Shown here: positions 63,209 to 64,000 of the stretch, piece by piece
Layout: each line of letters starts with the position of its first letter
Position numbering within the stretch: the first letter of the stretch is position 1
The notes under the pieces: model-generated
Seen by the model: only the letters and a program-made list of their open reading frames with translations
The model's database searches: none
Told to the model about the DNA's origin: nothing
Assembly (NCBI GenBank): GCA_043826455.1
Contig: JBDRQD010000036.1
Location: forward strand, 1 to 64,000
Length of the DNA: 64,000 nt
Reading direction: 5' to 3'
Origin: Candidatus Bathyarchaeota archaeon
GTDB lineage: Archaea > Thermoproteota > Bathyarchaeia > TCS64
Made by a program: the position numbers and the translations under genes

Positions 63209-64000
63209 TCATTTTTTGGGTTGCTCGGGTTGGGGGAACATGCGGCGGGTCTCTCCCATGAACTTCCTTATGGGGAGCTGCTGGGGGCACTGTTCCTCGC
63301 ACTTGGCGCAGGAGACGCAGTTGGTTGAGTGGGTCTCGGGGGTGACCAGCTGCCAGTACCTGTTCTTGACCTCGTCGCTTTGGCCGCTCATGTAGTACTC
63401 GTTGTAGAGGCCGAGGATGGTGGGGATGTCTACGCCTTGGGGGCAGGGCATGCAGTACCTGCAGGCGGTGCAGCCGATGAAGCCTAGGCTGTTGTAGGCC
63501 TTCTTTGCTTCGTCGTAGAGGGCCAGCTCGTATCTGGTTAGTGAGCCCACACCGGACCTGTTCGCGTACTCCAGGTTCTCCTCAACGTGCCTCATCTCGC
63601 TCATACCGCTGAGGACGACGCTCACCTCCGGCAGGTTCCAGACCCACTGGAGAGCCCACTCGGCTGGTGTCCGTTTCCTCTTGGACTTGGCCCAGACCTC
63701 CTGGACGTCCTTGGGGGGCGTGACTGCCAGCTTGCCTCCTTTGATGGGCTCCATTACTACTACGGCGAGGCCTTTGCCTGCGGCGTATCTGAGGCCTTCG
63801 AGGCCGGCCTGGTACTCTGTGTCCATGTAGTTGAGCTGTATCTGGCAGAAGGTCCAGCTGTAGGTGTCAACGATCTCCTTGAATAGGGTAAGGTCGTCGT
63901 GGAAGCTGAAGCCCAGGTGCCCTATCTTGCCTTCCTTCTTCTTTTCCTCGGCCCATGTGAAGACGTCCAGCTGTTTGATGGTGGGCCACCGCTCCTTGCG
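63209..64000 (-). CDS. aldo/keto reductase with C-terminal 4Fe-4S domain (5' end outside window)
   Basis: GKIGHLGFSFHD, QIQLNYMD, MEPIKGG, LSGMS; CTACRYCMPCP, CVSCAKCEEQCP. Confidence 0.92.
   Translation of the reverse strand, partial: RKERWPTIKQLDVFTWAEEKKKEGKIGHLGFSFHDDLTLFKEIVDTYSWTFCQIQLNYMDTEYQAGLEGLRYAAGKGLAVVVMEPIKGGKLAVTPPKDVQEVWAKSKRKRTPAEWALQWVWNLPEVSVVLSGMSEMRHVEENLEYANRSGVGSLTRYELALYDEAKKAYNSLGFIGCTACRYCMPCPQGVDIPTILGLYNEYYMSGQSDEVKNRYWQLVTPETHSTNCVSCAKCEEQCPQQLPIRKFMGETRRMFPQPEQPKK

Overview
Chromosomal segment of a GC-rich archaeon. The GTGTCAGCCGCCGCGG 515 site, the tRNA-less 16S-23S spacer, the unlinked 5S and the gene content point to TACK, most likely Bathyarchaeia (inference). 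The window holds tRNA-Cys and tRNA-Pro, a complete 16S-23S operon and core genes: pgk, aIF5B, eS6, AglB, Hsp20-Cdc48, tmk, hom, the archaeal modified mevalonate cluster (UbiD + aconitase X) and a probable S-layer gene next to two glycosyltransferases. It also has many accessory hydrolases and transporters. No CRISPR array, transposase or integrase was seen. Main leads: (1) the 16S has U at two near-invariant P-site positions (E. coli G926 and C1400), and two genes appear to need an AUA-type start; (2) an operon of two M24 proteins lacking metal ligands plus an AstE/AspA deacylase, mirroring bacterial EutD/EutE ectoine catabolism; (3) a ~145-bp non-coding element in two copies, each downstream of an accessory gene; (4) a PyrI-PyrE fusion; (5) an uncharacterised two-gene Fe-S module and a B12-radical SAM/membrane methyltransferase pair. 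All calls come from reading motifs by eye; no database searches were run.
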